From Candidatus Latescibacterota bacterium (GTDB taxonomy: Bacteria > Latescibacterota > UBA2968): a stretch of DNA of 64,000 bases. Position 1 is the stretch's first letter; every line of letters begins with the position of its first letter. The stretch is from NCBI GenBank assembly GCA_965198115.1, contig OZ240241.1, positions 3,616,001 to 3,680,000 of the forward strand. Reading direction: 5' to 3'. Below are positions 41,943-51,359 of this stretch, in pieces. The translations under genes and the position numbers were made by a program. The notes beneath the pieces are model-generated. The model was not told the DNA's origin. It saw only the letters and a list, made by a program, of their open reading frames with translations, and ran no database searches.

Positions 41943-44417
41943 CTACTCGGCAGCCGCCGCTGCCTGGGGCTCAGAATACCCCTCCCCGGCACCCTCGTTC
42001 CGCGAATCCTTCTCCTCGTGTTGTTCCAGAGCTTGCAGGATCGCCGGTAGTACGACGACAGCTGCCACAAAGCACGTCACCAACCCGATCAAGGCCAACA
42101 CACCGATCGAATTGAGCCCGGGATGCGTGGCCATGCGGAGACCGAAAAAACCCACCATCGTCGTGAGCATGGACGCGAACATGGCGCCCCCTGTACTCCG
42201 GAGCACGAGACGCAAAGACCCGGGACCCTCTTCGCGATAACGGTGGTAGAGATGCACACCATTGTCGATACCCATCCCGATGATCGTCGGGAGCGCGACC
42301 ATGTTGTAAAAGTTCAGCTTCATCTTAAACAGATACATCACTCCACACATCCAGACAGCACCGCAGATCAGCGGAAACATCACCATCAGTGCTGGACGTA
42401 GGCCTCTGAAGTCCGCGATCACGATCAGGAAAACGACCGTCAAGGTCACGCCGATCGCGGTCGGACTGTCACGCAACATGAGCTGCAGCATGTCCGAAAA
42501 GACCATGCTTGCGCTAGACGAATAGACGACGTCGCCCTTTGCGGTCTGAATCTCCTGCGCGTCCTCGGCGAAGGCCATCGCGTTCTTCCCGTCGCGCAGT
42601 TGGACGTCAGGGTAAATGAACGCAAAGTGAGCCCGACTTCCGTCGATCGTCGAGAATTTCCGCAGAATCATCTTCGGCAGATCATCGATCGTCAAGAGTT
42701 CGACATCCAACAGATTCCTGAGTTCATTCAGACGCTCACGCTGCTCGCCTTTGATCAGGTCAGCACTGGGCCCATCCGTCAGATCTCGAAGCTCTCCGAT
42801 CAACTCCATTTTGTCGTCTTGGTCCTTAGGAAGGAAGGACCACAGAGTGCGCACCGTGTCGATCGTCGGGGTAGGGTCTTCATCTGCGATCTTTGCCTCT
42901 ACCGCGGTGACGATGTCGTCCAGTTGCGCCTTGTCTCTGGCCAGCACCAGGCTCGGCGACTGCGAAAGCTTATTGAAAGGAGAGATCGTCCTGATCTTGC
43001 GCTTCACATCGGCCGACGACGGAAGGTTCGAGCGCAAGTTCGTAAAGTCGTACTCGAACTGAATGTGGCGGAGGTTATACGCAAAGTAGATCGTCACGAT
43101 CACGCCGATCGCTAGCACGGTCTTCGCACGGGGGAACCGCCCTCGGGCCGTGTGCAGATCTCCGTGGCCCCAAACCGGTCGTGCGCGAACCAGACCGAGC
43201 TTTTCGTCTGCCAGAACGATAAACGCCGGCAAGACCGTCGTCATAGCGACCAGCGACATCAGGATACCCGTTCCCACGATGAAGCCGAACTCCGAAAAAC
43301 CTTTGAAGTCGGTGATCGTAAGAGAAAAGAATGCCATCGACGTCGTCAGCGCGGCCGTGAAGATCGCCTGCCCGGTTTGGATCAGCATCGTGTCGATCGC
43401 CGATCGCACGTCCACCCGACCGATGCGGTCTTCCAGATACCGGGCGAACATGTGAATCCCGAAGTCGATCCCCAGCCCGAACAGAATGACGAACAGGAAA
43501 GCCGTCATTGTGTTGAGGTTGCCGATTACCCAGTAGGTGATCGCAAACGCCCACATCAGTCCCATCGCCAGGGGCGTTGCAATAAAAAAGACAGCCAACG
43601 GCTGCCTGAAGTAAATCGTCAGAATCAGAAAGACGCCGACCACGCCGTAGATCAGCGTGGACCTCACATCCTTCATGATCACGTCGAATTCGTCGATCTT
43701 GTTCTTGTAAGTTCCCCCGTAGCGGACTTGCAGGTCTGAGTGGTAGGCGCCGGGGCCGACTCTCCCAACTGCGTCCCGCAGTGTACGGTGCATGGCCTTC
43801 GTGAATCCGATATTGCTGACCGTGCCCGCCGCTTCCACCTCGAGCGCGACGATCGATTTGTCCGGATTCGTGAAGTAAGTGTCGTCGCCGTTCTCGCTTT
43901 TGTATTTCGCCTCGATGTCACTAAAGTCGAGCGGCGCGTCGTCTGCGTCATCATCGAGCTGAATGAACAAGGGCGACAGCTTCAGCTTCTCCTGCGCGAT
44001 CCGGTCCTCGATGCGAATGAGGATTTCTTCCAGATCTTCAATATCCATGTAGAGCAGTGCGTGGTCTTTATAGAACTGAACATCCTTCTTGAAGCTCACG
44101 AAATTCACGTGTTCCCGATACGTGTCATTCTGCAATTCTGCAGCGAGCGCGTCCGCGAATCGTTTCAATGCGTCGAAGTCATCGCATTCGAGCAGAACGA
44201 TCATGCTCCCCACGCCACCCACGACGGCTTCGATTTCTTTCAGGGTCTGAACGCTCTTGTAGTTCTCGGGAATGAGCGCGGCGATATCCGTCTCGATATT
44301 CTTGACCAGCCTGACGACGTAAACGGAACTGATCGCCGTCAAGATGGTGGACAGAATCACGATCCACTTGTAGTGGTCGTAGGTGATCCTGGCCAGGCTG
44401 TGGAAAAACGTCTTCAT
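41943..44417 (-). CDS. MMPL/RND-superfamily lipid transporter (HpnN-like)
   Basis: Two-fold 12-TM architecture with GLGIDFGIH and GMGIDNGVH motifs and two large periplasmic loops. Confidence 0.9.
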   Translation of the reverse strand: MKTFFHSLARITYDHYKWIVILSTILTAISSVYVVRLVKNIETDIAALIPENYKSVQTLKEIEAVVGGVGSMIVLLECDDFDALKRFADALAAELQNDTYREHVNFVSFKKDVQFYKDHALLYMDIEDLEEILIRIEDRIAQEKLKLSPLFIQLDDDADDAPLDFSDIEAKYKSENGDDTYFTNPDKSIVALEVEAAGTVSNIGFTKAMHRTLRDAVGRVGPGAYHSDLQVRYGGTYKNKIDEFDVIMKDVRSTLIYGVVGVFLILTIYFRQPLAVFFIATPLAMGLMWAFAITYWVIGNLNTMTAFLFVILFGLGIDFGIHMFARYLEDRIGRVDVRSAIDTMLIQTGQAIFTAALTTSMAFFSLTITDFKGFSEFGFIVGTGILMSLVAMTTVLPAFIVLADEKLGLVRARPVWGHGDLHTARGRFPRAKTVLAIGVIVTIYFAYNLRHIQFEYDFTNLRSNLPSSADVKRKIRTISPFNKLSQSPSLVLARDKAQLDDIVTAVEAKIADEDPTPTIDTVRTLWSFLPKDQDDKMELIGELRDLTDGPSADLIKGEQRERLNELRNLLDVELLTIDDLPKMILRKFSTIDGSRAHFAFIYPDVQLRDGKNAMAFAEDAQEIQTAKGDVVYSSSASMVFSDMLQLMLRDSPTAIGVTLTVVFLIVIADFRGLRPALMVMFPLICGAVWMCGVMYLFKMKLNFYNMVALPTIIGMGIDNGVHLYHRYREEGPGSLRLVLRSTGGAMFASMLTTMVGFFGLRMATHPGLNSIGVLALIGLVTCFVAAVVVLPAILQALEQHEEKDSRNEGAGEGYSEPQAAAAAE

Positions 44418-45022
44418 CGATCGCCCTGCAACGGCGCCTCCTCTTCCTTCTTGAGCTTATCCCTCAGCTTCTTGACCAGCCCCTCGTACGAACTCTTGCG
44501 GATTTCTTTTCGAAATTGCGACCGGTTGTTTCGAGCGACGCTCAGATCATCGATCACCATGTCGTAGATCAGCCAGACGTCGTCACGTTTGTGCAGCCGG
44601 TAGGCAATGGTGCTCTGCTCCGTCTTGTAATGCACGATCGTTTCGACCGAACCTTCGTCACCTTCCTGCTCCTCGCCAACGTAGTCGACTCGCTCGGCTT
44701 TCTTATAAAGCTGAGGATCGGCATAGTTGCGCTCGATTAACCGTCGACACAGATCCGTGAAGTCTCGACGCTCGTCATCGGTTCGATCTTTCCAGTATCG
44801 TCCGAGTGAAAGCTCGCTGTAGCGGCGGAAGTCGAAAAGTCCGCTGACGATCGATCTGATCTGATCCCGCTCCGCAGGTGTTTCACCTCCGGTCGGAGAC
44901 CGGACGATCGATTCAATAGCCTGGTTGCGATCCCGAACCAGATCCAACAGCGGAGATGCCGATTCTGCGAAAGCCGCCCCGCCCGAAGACAGAAGGAGGA
45001 ATATACAGAAACGAGTCGCCAT
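44414..45022 (-). CDS. MlaC/Ttg2D/HpnM-like periplasmic lipid-binding protein
   Basis: Signal peptide; FDF..SLGRYW, WLIYDMVIDDLS and NNRSQF motifs; ATGA overlap with the MMPL gene. Confidence 0.88.
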   Translation of the reverse strand: MATRFCIFLLLSSGGAAFAESASPLLDLVRDRNQAIESIVRSPTGGETPAERDQIRSIVSGLFDFRRYSELSLGRYWKDRTDDERRDFTDLCRRLIERNYADPQLYKKAERVDYVGEEQEGDEGSVETIVHYKTEQSTIAYRLHKRDDVWLIYDMVIDDLSVARNNRSQFRKEIRKSSYEGLVKKLRDKLKKEEEAPLQGDR

Positions 45023-45144
45023 CTCAAATTTTCCTTGTTTTTAGAAGACTTACAGTCGATCCAGACGCACAAAGGGGAACCGTGCCGGTCGTCGTCCTGA
45101 AGACGAGCAAGCCTGGCAAAGGTTCCCCTTGGATTGCTCCGATG

Positions 45145-46608
45145 TTAGTCGGCCTTTTCGGTAATCAGCTCCGGTTCGGGAGTGGCCACCGAACGAGACG
45201 GCCAAAAACCTCGTGAACGCATCAGATGACCGGCGTAGATCAGGATCGATAACGTGATGAGGCTCGACCCGACAGCAAAAATCCAAAACATCGTCGCACG
45301 GGCATTCGCGAGCGCGAGAACAGCGAACAGGGCGGCGAAGAAATCACGCCGGCTGGCGAATTTCAGGTGGTGTGAAACCCGATGAAACCATCCGCGGCGT
45401 TCTTTAGGCACTTCGTCCAGGAACGTCTCGTTGAAACTCACAATGCTCCCGGATCCGGACAAACGCAGGTAGATGAAAACCAGCGATAGCGCCATAATCA
45501 ACGAGGCGATCACGAAGCACGAAAGAGTAAGCACGTTCGAGTCACCGGTGTATCGATACATCCCAACCGCGATCGCCACGAAGAACACGAAATAGGACAC
45601 GTTGTCAGCGACCGTGTCAACCCACTCCCCGAGGTTGGACCCCTGGAACTTGAGGTTCGCCACTTCCCCATCACATCCGTCGACGATGCTGGCGAACTGG
45701 AACAGAAGACCACCTGCCGCAAGGGACAGATACGAGGGATCCGCAATGAAGTAGGCCGCCACGAAGCTCACACACATCGTCAAGATCGAAATGTGGTTCG
45801 GCGTAAGCCGTGTTTTCACAAGCTGACGTGAAATGCGTGTGGAGAGTTTCCGATTGAAGTACTTCGACACGAGACCGTCGGTCGGTTTCCCCAGGTTGGC
45901 GATCAGCGCGTTTTCTGCGTGGATGTGTGATTCCGGCGTATCGACGTCCAGCCAGAACAGGTCGCCGATATCGGTCGTACGCATCCTCCCCTGTACGGCC
46001 AACTCCTGGATCCCCGCCGAAAGCGACTCCTCGCCTCGAGCAACTGCTGCCTCCAGCGCGTCGAACAACGTTGAGGAACAGGAAAATACGCCCGTGTCGA
46101 TCGCGTTGAAGTCCGTTAACGTCTTCCCGATTTCCTCGACCTGGTCCGCACTCACTCGCACTTTCGTCGCATCGTCCACGTCGAAAATGTCGTCGACGCG
46201 TCGATCGACACCGAGCGAACACTCACCGGCCGCCAGCGTCGTGTTCTGCATTACCACGAAAACGCCGGGATCGAGCAGATGGTCCGACATGGTCAGAATG
46301 AACGGCTCGTCACCCACCAGAGGCCTGGCAGCGAGAACCGACAGCCCGTTCCCTCTCTCCCAGTCCGCGTTGAAAACCCAGTCGATGCGCGTTTTGATCT
46401 GCGAATCCCCGGCAATCGCCTCTCGGATCTCATCCGAGCGGTGACCCGTCACAATGACGACACGCTCGATACCCGCCCGCTCCGCCGTCAGAATCGTACG
46501 CTTGAGTAAGCCGACGCCCGCAACGGCGACGAGCGGCTTGGGGAGGTGACTGTGGCCGTTCAAACGACTGCCCGCCCCCGCGGCGATGATGACGGCCTGC
46601 TTGACCAT
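45145..46608 (-). CDS. bifunctional NTP-transferase / CDP-alcohol phosphotransferase (IPCT/DIPPS-like)
   Basis: N-domain AAGAGSRL..PKPL, GNGLS, MSDH, ATKV, IDTG and WLDVDT; C-domain DGLVSKYFNRKLS, TPN and DGCDGEVA..G..D..D. Confidence 0.88.
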   Translation of the reverse strand: MVKQAVIIAAGAGSRLNGHSHLPKPLVAVAGVGLLKRTILTAERAGIERVVIVTGHRSDEIREAIAGDSQIKTRIDWVFNADWERGNGLSVLAARPLVGDEPFILTMSDHLLDPGVFVVMQNTTLAAGECSLGVDRRVDDIFDVDDATKVRVSADQVEEIGKTLTDFNAIDTGVFSCSSTLFDALEAAVARGEESLSAGIQELAVQGRMRTTDIGDLFWLDVDTPESHIHAENALIANLGKPTDGLVSKYFNRKLSTRISRQLVKTRLTPNHISILTMCVSFVAAYFIADPSYLSLAAGGLLFQFASIVDGCDGEVANLKFQGSNLGEWVDTVADNVSYFVFFVAIAVGMYRYTGDSNVLTLSCFVIASLIMALSLVFIYLRLSGSGSIVSFNETFLDEVPKERRGWFHRVSHHLKFASRRDFFAALFAVLALANARATMFWIFAVGSSLITLSILIYAGHLMRSRGFWPSRSVATPEPELITEKAD

Positions 46609-46641
46609 TGGATGGATCCTTTCGTTCCGTGAGTCTCGGCC

Positions 46642-48006
46642 TCAATGGGCCGACAAAACTGAACTGCCTGTTGCCAGGTTCAACGCGATCCAGGCCTTGT
46701 TGAACTTGTAGACGGCCTCGAAATACTTTCCTCGAATAATGCCGTACTCCTTCACCGCATCGATCAATTCACTCGCGTCCTCGAGTCCCGCATTGAACCC
46801 GTCCCGCGCCGAAAGAAACCAGCGGCGCGTCGCCCGCCGCGCCTTGCGTGCGGCAGTCACGTTCGCCTGCGCTTCGATCAGGTCGCGGTACGCGCGTTCG
46901 ATCTGAAGACTCGCTCCCATCGTCGCCAGCTCGCTCTGATACACCAGCTTGGCGTGTTCCAGCTTTGACTTCCGTGCCTTCGCCGATGTTTGTCCGAACG
47001 AAAGCGATTGCCGAAGCCCGATCACGGCGCCCGCCTGAAGGAAATTGAAATCGTCGCGCGCAAACGGACTCGACTGATCGTCACGATTGGGTGCGTAACC
47101 GTATCGAAAGCCTCCCGCCACGAACACCTGCGGGAAAAATTCGGCTCGAGCCGCCGACGCCTGAGCCTTGAGGACTCGAAGACCGGCCGCCAGTTGCTGT
47201 AGATCGTGCCGCTGCCGCGCACGATCCAGATACGACGAAAGCGGGGCAATGCCTGCGTCGACAGGCTGCAAGACCTCGTCAGCCAGAAGAATCGAATCTT
47301 CGGCTCCCAGCCCCATCAGCCGACGCAAAGCCGACGTGATCAGCGCCCTGCCTTTGACGACCTTGTTGCCGTTCTCTTCCACGTCGAACACGAATCGATC
47401 GAGCTTGAAGAGGTCCGTGTATGTGTAATCCCCTTCGTCGGCCTCGAGCGCCTCGTCGATTCGGTCTCGAGCCTTCCCGATTTCGGTTCGCGCCTCGTCG
47501 GCCAGATCGGAAAGGTGGTGAGCGAGCAACAGACCGAAGTAAGCCTCGGCAACCTGCGCCGTCAGCCTCTCCCGCGATCCGGCAACACCCGCCGTGCGGG
47601 CTTCGATCCCCGCCCTGGCGGCATCCCGCGCAGCCCCCAGTCGACCGAACGTGTAGAGCGGCTGAACGAACGTCAGCTCCGTTCGATTGAAGACACTCAG
47701 GTTCGAAAGGTTCGTCTCGCCACTGACCGCATCGCCACGTGCCTCCGGCGAAGGGCCCACCACCCACGTCAGGTCCAGCTTCGGGAGGTAGCGAACAGCC
47801 TCGGCCTGATCGGCCAGCGCCTGCGCGATCCGGAGATCCGCATCGGCCGCCCGAACCTCGGGGCTGACCGCAAGCGCAGCCTCCACGCACGCCCTCAGAT
47901 CGAAGGTCTCCGCGTGGGCGGGCTGAAGACCGAACGTGGAGCCCGTCGAGCAAACGGCGGAGATGAGGAACTGGACCCACCATAGGTGTGAAATTTTTCT
48001 ACACAT
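46642..48006 (-). CDS. TolC family outer-membrane efflux protein
   Basis: Twice-repeated OEP pattern (YLPKL..QPLYTFG; FFPQV), VAEAYF and LNLATG terminus; start uncertain. Confidence 0.85.
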   Translation of the reverse strand: MCRKISHLWWVQFLISAVCSTGSTFGLQPAHAETFDLRACVEAALAVSPEVRAADADLRIAQALADQAEAVRYLPKLDLTWVVGPSPEARGDAVSGETNLSNLSVFNRTELTFVQPLYTFGRLGAARDAARAGIEARTAGVAGSRERLTAQVAEAYFGLLLAHHLSDLADEARTEIGKARDRIDEALEADEGDYTYTDLFKLDRFVFDVEENGNKVVKGRALITSALRRLMGLGAEDSILLADEVLQPVDAGIAPLSSYLDRARQRHDLQQLAAGLRVLKAQASAARAEFFPQVFVAGGFRYGYAPNRDDQSSPFARDDFNFLQAGAVIGLRQSLSFGQTSAKARKSKLEHAKLVYQSELATMGASLQIERAYRDLIEAQANVTAARKARRATRRWFLSARDGFNAGLEDASELIDAVKEYGIIRGKYFEAVYKFNKAWIALNLATGSSVLSAH

Positions 48007-48140
48007 GTTGCGCTTTTGCAACGAAAACCTCCACACCGCACCCCGAATCGCCGATGGCGACCCCGGTGCAAGCGCACAGTCCCCTCCCCCCGCTTAGCCG
48101 AACCTAAGGGTGCGAAAGACGTGCCAGAAGTATGGGAATA

Positions 48141-49145
48141 TCAAGGACTTGGCGCCCCGGAGACCACAGGGGTCGTCGACTCGGGGCGCCGCCGGTTGAA
48201 GACCATAAGGCCGAATCCGACGGCGATCCAGAAGATCTTCCGAATCCGACGGATCAATCCCACCGAAAGACCCAGAGCGGGTTCGAGCCCGAGTAGGTGG
48301 AACAGGAAGACGTGTCCTCCCTCGAAGACACCCACACCGGAAGGGACGAAGAAGAAGGCCGCGTTGATGACCGAGGACAAGGAAGCCAGGAGGAAGGCGG
48401 TGGAAAACGGGAGGGGCTCGTTCAGGATCGTCAGGATGTAGTAGATCTCGAAGGCACCGAAGAACCAGCTGAGCAGATGAAACAGGAAGGACACGACGAA
48501 CCCGCGAGGGTTGCGTCGGTAGAAGGCCGCGATGTTACGATCCGTCTCCTCGATCTGCTCACGACGTCTTTCAAGAAACGTAAGACGCATTCGGTTCAGT
48601 AGATCGAGCAACCAACCGAAGGTGTTCTGGCGCTGTTTGACGAACGCGAGGACAACGACGACGGTACACACGATGAGCGCCAGAATCAGACCGAGCCGTA
48701 CCCGCTCATCGATTTCGAACACCAAAAATGCCACGAACGTTCCGGCCACGGCGAAAAGCAGTCCACTGATCGCTTCGATCGTCTTGTTCACCACGAGAGA
48801 GGGCAGACCTCGGGTCGCCGATATGCGGGCTCTGAGAATGTAAACCTTCGCGAGTTCACCGCCGACGTGTGAAGCCGGTGTCACGTTGCCCACCGCCTCG
48901 CCTACGAGCTTGATGTGAAAAAGCCGCCAGAACTCGGGGCGGTCCTCGTCGTCCTTGTCGAAGCACGCCTGCCAGGCGAAGGTATTGCTCAGGTGCCAGG
49001 AAACGGCGATCAGGATAGCCGGGATCACCTGCCATCCAAGATCCACGACACGGTTGACGACCTGGTCCAGCCCTATCTCGAGGATGAGCCCCGCGAGCAA
49101 CAGCAGACCGACGAGCCACAGGAGGATGCGAAGAGGTGTTTTCAA
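48141..49145 (-). CDS. lysylphosphatidylglycerol-synthase TM / flippase-like protein (HpnL-like, UPF0104)
   Basis: NVTPASHVGGELAK, FFVPSGVGVFEGG and RRIR motifs; multi-TM. Confidence 0.85.
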   Translation of the reverse strand: MKTPLRILLWLVGLLLLAGLILEIGLDQVVNRVVDLGWQVIPAILIAVSWHLSNTFAWQACFDKDDEDRPEFWRLFHIKLVGEAVGNVTPASHVGGELAKVYILRARISATRGLPSLVVNKTIEAISGLLFAVAGTFVAFLVFEIDERVRLGLILALIVCTVVVVLAFVKQRQNTFGWLLDLLNRMRLTFLERRREQIEETDRNIAAFYRRNPRGFVVSFLFHLLSWFFGAFEIYYILTILNEPLPFSTAFLLASLSSVINAAFFFVPSGVGVFEGGHVFLFHLLGLEPALGLSVGLIRRIRKIFWIAVGFGLMVFNRRRPESTTPVVSGAPSP

Positions 49146-49200
49146 GCGGAACGCTCAGCAGGGAACCGTGGGGACCGGCCCGTTGGGCAAACAGAGGAGG

Positions 49201-50751
49201 TTAGTAGAGGCGCTGGATGATGTGGTAACCGACAGGGGTCTTTACGACGCCACTGACGTCCCCCGGCTCGAGCTCGAATGCCGCGGCTTCGAAGTCAGGA
49301 TTTAGATCTCCGCGTCGGAAGAATCCGATATCGCCCCCGTCTTGGCCGGAAGGATCGGTCGAATGCAACCTGGCCAACTCGTGGAAATCCTCGTCTCGTT
49401 CGAGAGCGACAAGCACCTGCCTGGCTTCGGCCTCGGTCGAGAGCACGATGTGCCTCACACGAATCTTGCCTTGCTCCAGGGACTTGACGGCTTCCAGATT
49501 GTCCTGAACCTCCGCGAGCTCACGAGCATCTTTCGACGTGTCCATCGCCCGCGTGTAAGCGCGTTTGGCACTGTCCCAATCCTTCCGCAGGGAGTGCAGG
49601 AATCCGATGTTGTTGTGGATGGTGGCGTCCGTCGAGTCCACCCGCAGGACTGCATCGTAAACGATCATCGCCGAATCCAAATGGCCCGACTCCACGAGCA
49701 AAACACCAAGACTCTTGTAAGGCTCGGTCCACTGGGGTTCGGCCTGGATACACAACAGGAACTGTTGCTTGGCCTCGTCCAACCGCCCGGCGTTTCGATA
49801 GAGAAACCCGAGCGTATGACGCGAAAGGGCTGCCCGGGGCTCGCGCGCCACGATCGCCTCGAACTGAGCCACGGCCGCTGGTTCATTGCCCTGATTGACA
49901 TACAACTGCCCCAGGGCATTTCTGACTTCGAGATCGTCGCCGTTCAACGAGACCGCGCGCTCCCAGGATTCCCTGGCCACCCGGAGAGACCCCACCTCCG
50001 TGGACATGAACCCGAGAGCCCGATGGACTTGAGGGTCCTCGGGCGCGACCGAAATCGCTCGTTCATACGTCTCGAATGCGCCAGCCAGATCTCCCTTTGT
50101 GTGCAGCACGCCTCCTCGGTTGACGAGAACCCCGGGATGATCAGGGGCCGCAGCGAGGGCACGGTCGAGAACGGCGAGGGCACGGTCGTGCGCCTGCGCG
50201 GCCGTCAGAATCAATGCGAGATTCTGATACGCCTCCAGGTTGTCGCCGTCGGCAGCGATGACCTTCTCGAGATCTGCTTCGGCCTGCTCGACCTTTGCTG
50301 CATTGCCGAATAACACGCCTCGCTGCATCAGGAGCGGCACGGGGTCGGGGACACGATCGACGCCTTTGCTCAAGACAGCGATCGCTTCCTGCAATTTCCC
50401 GACGCGGGCAAAGAGCACGGAGAGGTTTCGATAGCCGTCGGGCGACGTCGGATCCAGCTCGGTCACCCGAGTAAAGGCGCCGACGGCATCGGCGACACGC
50501 CCGGATTCGGTGTACATCGTCCCCAGGTAACCATAGGCATTCGCGCTGTCTGGATGGGCCGATACGTAGGTTTCACTCGCCGCCAGTGCGGAATCCAGGT
50601 GCCCCCTTCTGTAGTACATCTCGATCTCTGCCGAGTAGTCCTGACCCACAGCCGGCAGGCTGAGCCACAGCACGACTGCAAACGCCGGGGCTTGACGCAA
50701 CAGGTTCCTCCCTCTATACTCGCCCGCCTTTTTGGGTCGATTACACATCAC
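49201..50751 (-). CDS. secreted TPR-repeat protein with C-terminal parvulin (PpiC) PPIase
   Basis: Multiple TPR units followed by VRHIV, FHELARLHSTD, GGDIG and VKTPVGYHII; start uncertain. Confidence 0.85.
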   Translation of the reverse strand: MMCNRPKKAGEYRGRNLLRQAPAFAVVLWLSLPAVGQDYSAEIEMYYRRGHLDSALAASETYVSAHPDSANAYGYLGTMYTESGRVADAVGAFTRVTELDPTSPDGYRNLSVLFARVGKLQEAIAVLSKGVDRVPDPVPLLMQRGVLFGNAAKVEQAEADLEKVIAADGDNLEAYQNLALILTAAQAHDRALAVLDRALAAAPDHPGVLVNRGGVLHTKGDLAGAFETYERAISVAPEDPQVHRALGFMSTEVGSLRVARESWERAVSLNGDDLEVRNALGQLYVNQGNEPAAVAQFEAIVAREPRAALSRHTLGFLYRNAGRLDEAKQQFLLCIQAEPQWTEPYKSLGVLLVESGHLDSAMIVYDAVLRVDSTDATIHNNIGFLHSLRKDWDSAKRAYTRAMDTSKDARELAEVQDNLEAVKSLEQGKIRVRHIVLSTEAEARQVLVALERDEDFHELARLHSTDPSGQDGGDIGFFRRGDLNPDFEAAAFELEPGDVSGVVKTPVGYHIIQRLY

Positions 50752-50753
50752 GC

Positions 50754-51359
50754 ATGAGCCTACTTACCAAAAAACTGCCTACACTCGTCGCCATCAGTCT
50801 GTGCGCGGTTGTCTCTCTCCTGGCCTACCCGTATCTGCAAGCCCAGGTCCCCGTTCACTGGGGAGCTACCGGAAGCATCAACACCTACGCCGACGCAGAC
50901 ATCGCCGTTTACCTGAACCCTCTCGGCGCGTGTGTCGTGTTTCTGTTTTTCCTGCTCATTCCCTATGCCGACAGACGTCGGGTAGGACAACTCCGCAGAA
51001 TCGGTCTCTACGAACCCCTTCGGAACATCGCGGTGTTCGGTTTCTCCTATGCCCATTGCCTGGGCATGGGAATAGGAACCGGTCTGTTACCCGATCGGGC
51101 AAACTTCCTCGGCGGCCTGGCCGGCCTGCTGCTCGCCCTCCTCGGGTGGGAACTCCGTCTTCCAGCTCCACGGCGTCTGCCCCTCGCCGGACGTCTCCCC
51201 GACCAGGTCTGCCGCAGCCTCGGATCGGTAGCGCTGGTCGCCGGCATCGTTTCGGCGTCGCTCGCAACGCTGGGGGCTCCCCCGGCCACGTGGCTCGCCA
51301 TACTCTTCGGGACCACCCTGGGTTCGGCTCGTCGAGCGTGGCGGGAGATTCGAGCGTGA
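50754..51359 (+). CDS. DUF1648/SdpI-like membrane protein
   Basis: YPYLQAQVPVHWGATG motif with TM helices. Confidence 0.7.
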   Translation: MSLLTKKLPTLVAISLCAVVSLLAYPYLQAQVPVHWGATGSINTYADADIAVYLNPLGACVVFLFFLLIPYADRRRVGQLRRIGLYEPLRNIAVFGFSYAHCLGMGIGTGLLPDRANFLGGLAGLLLALLGWELRLPAPRRLPLAGRLPDQVCRSLGSVALVAGIVSASLATLGAPPATWLAILFGTTLGSARRAWREIRA

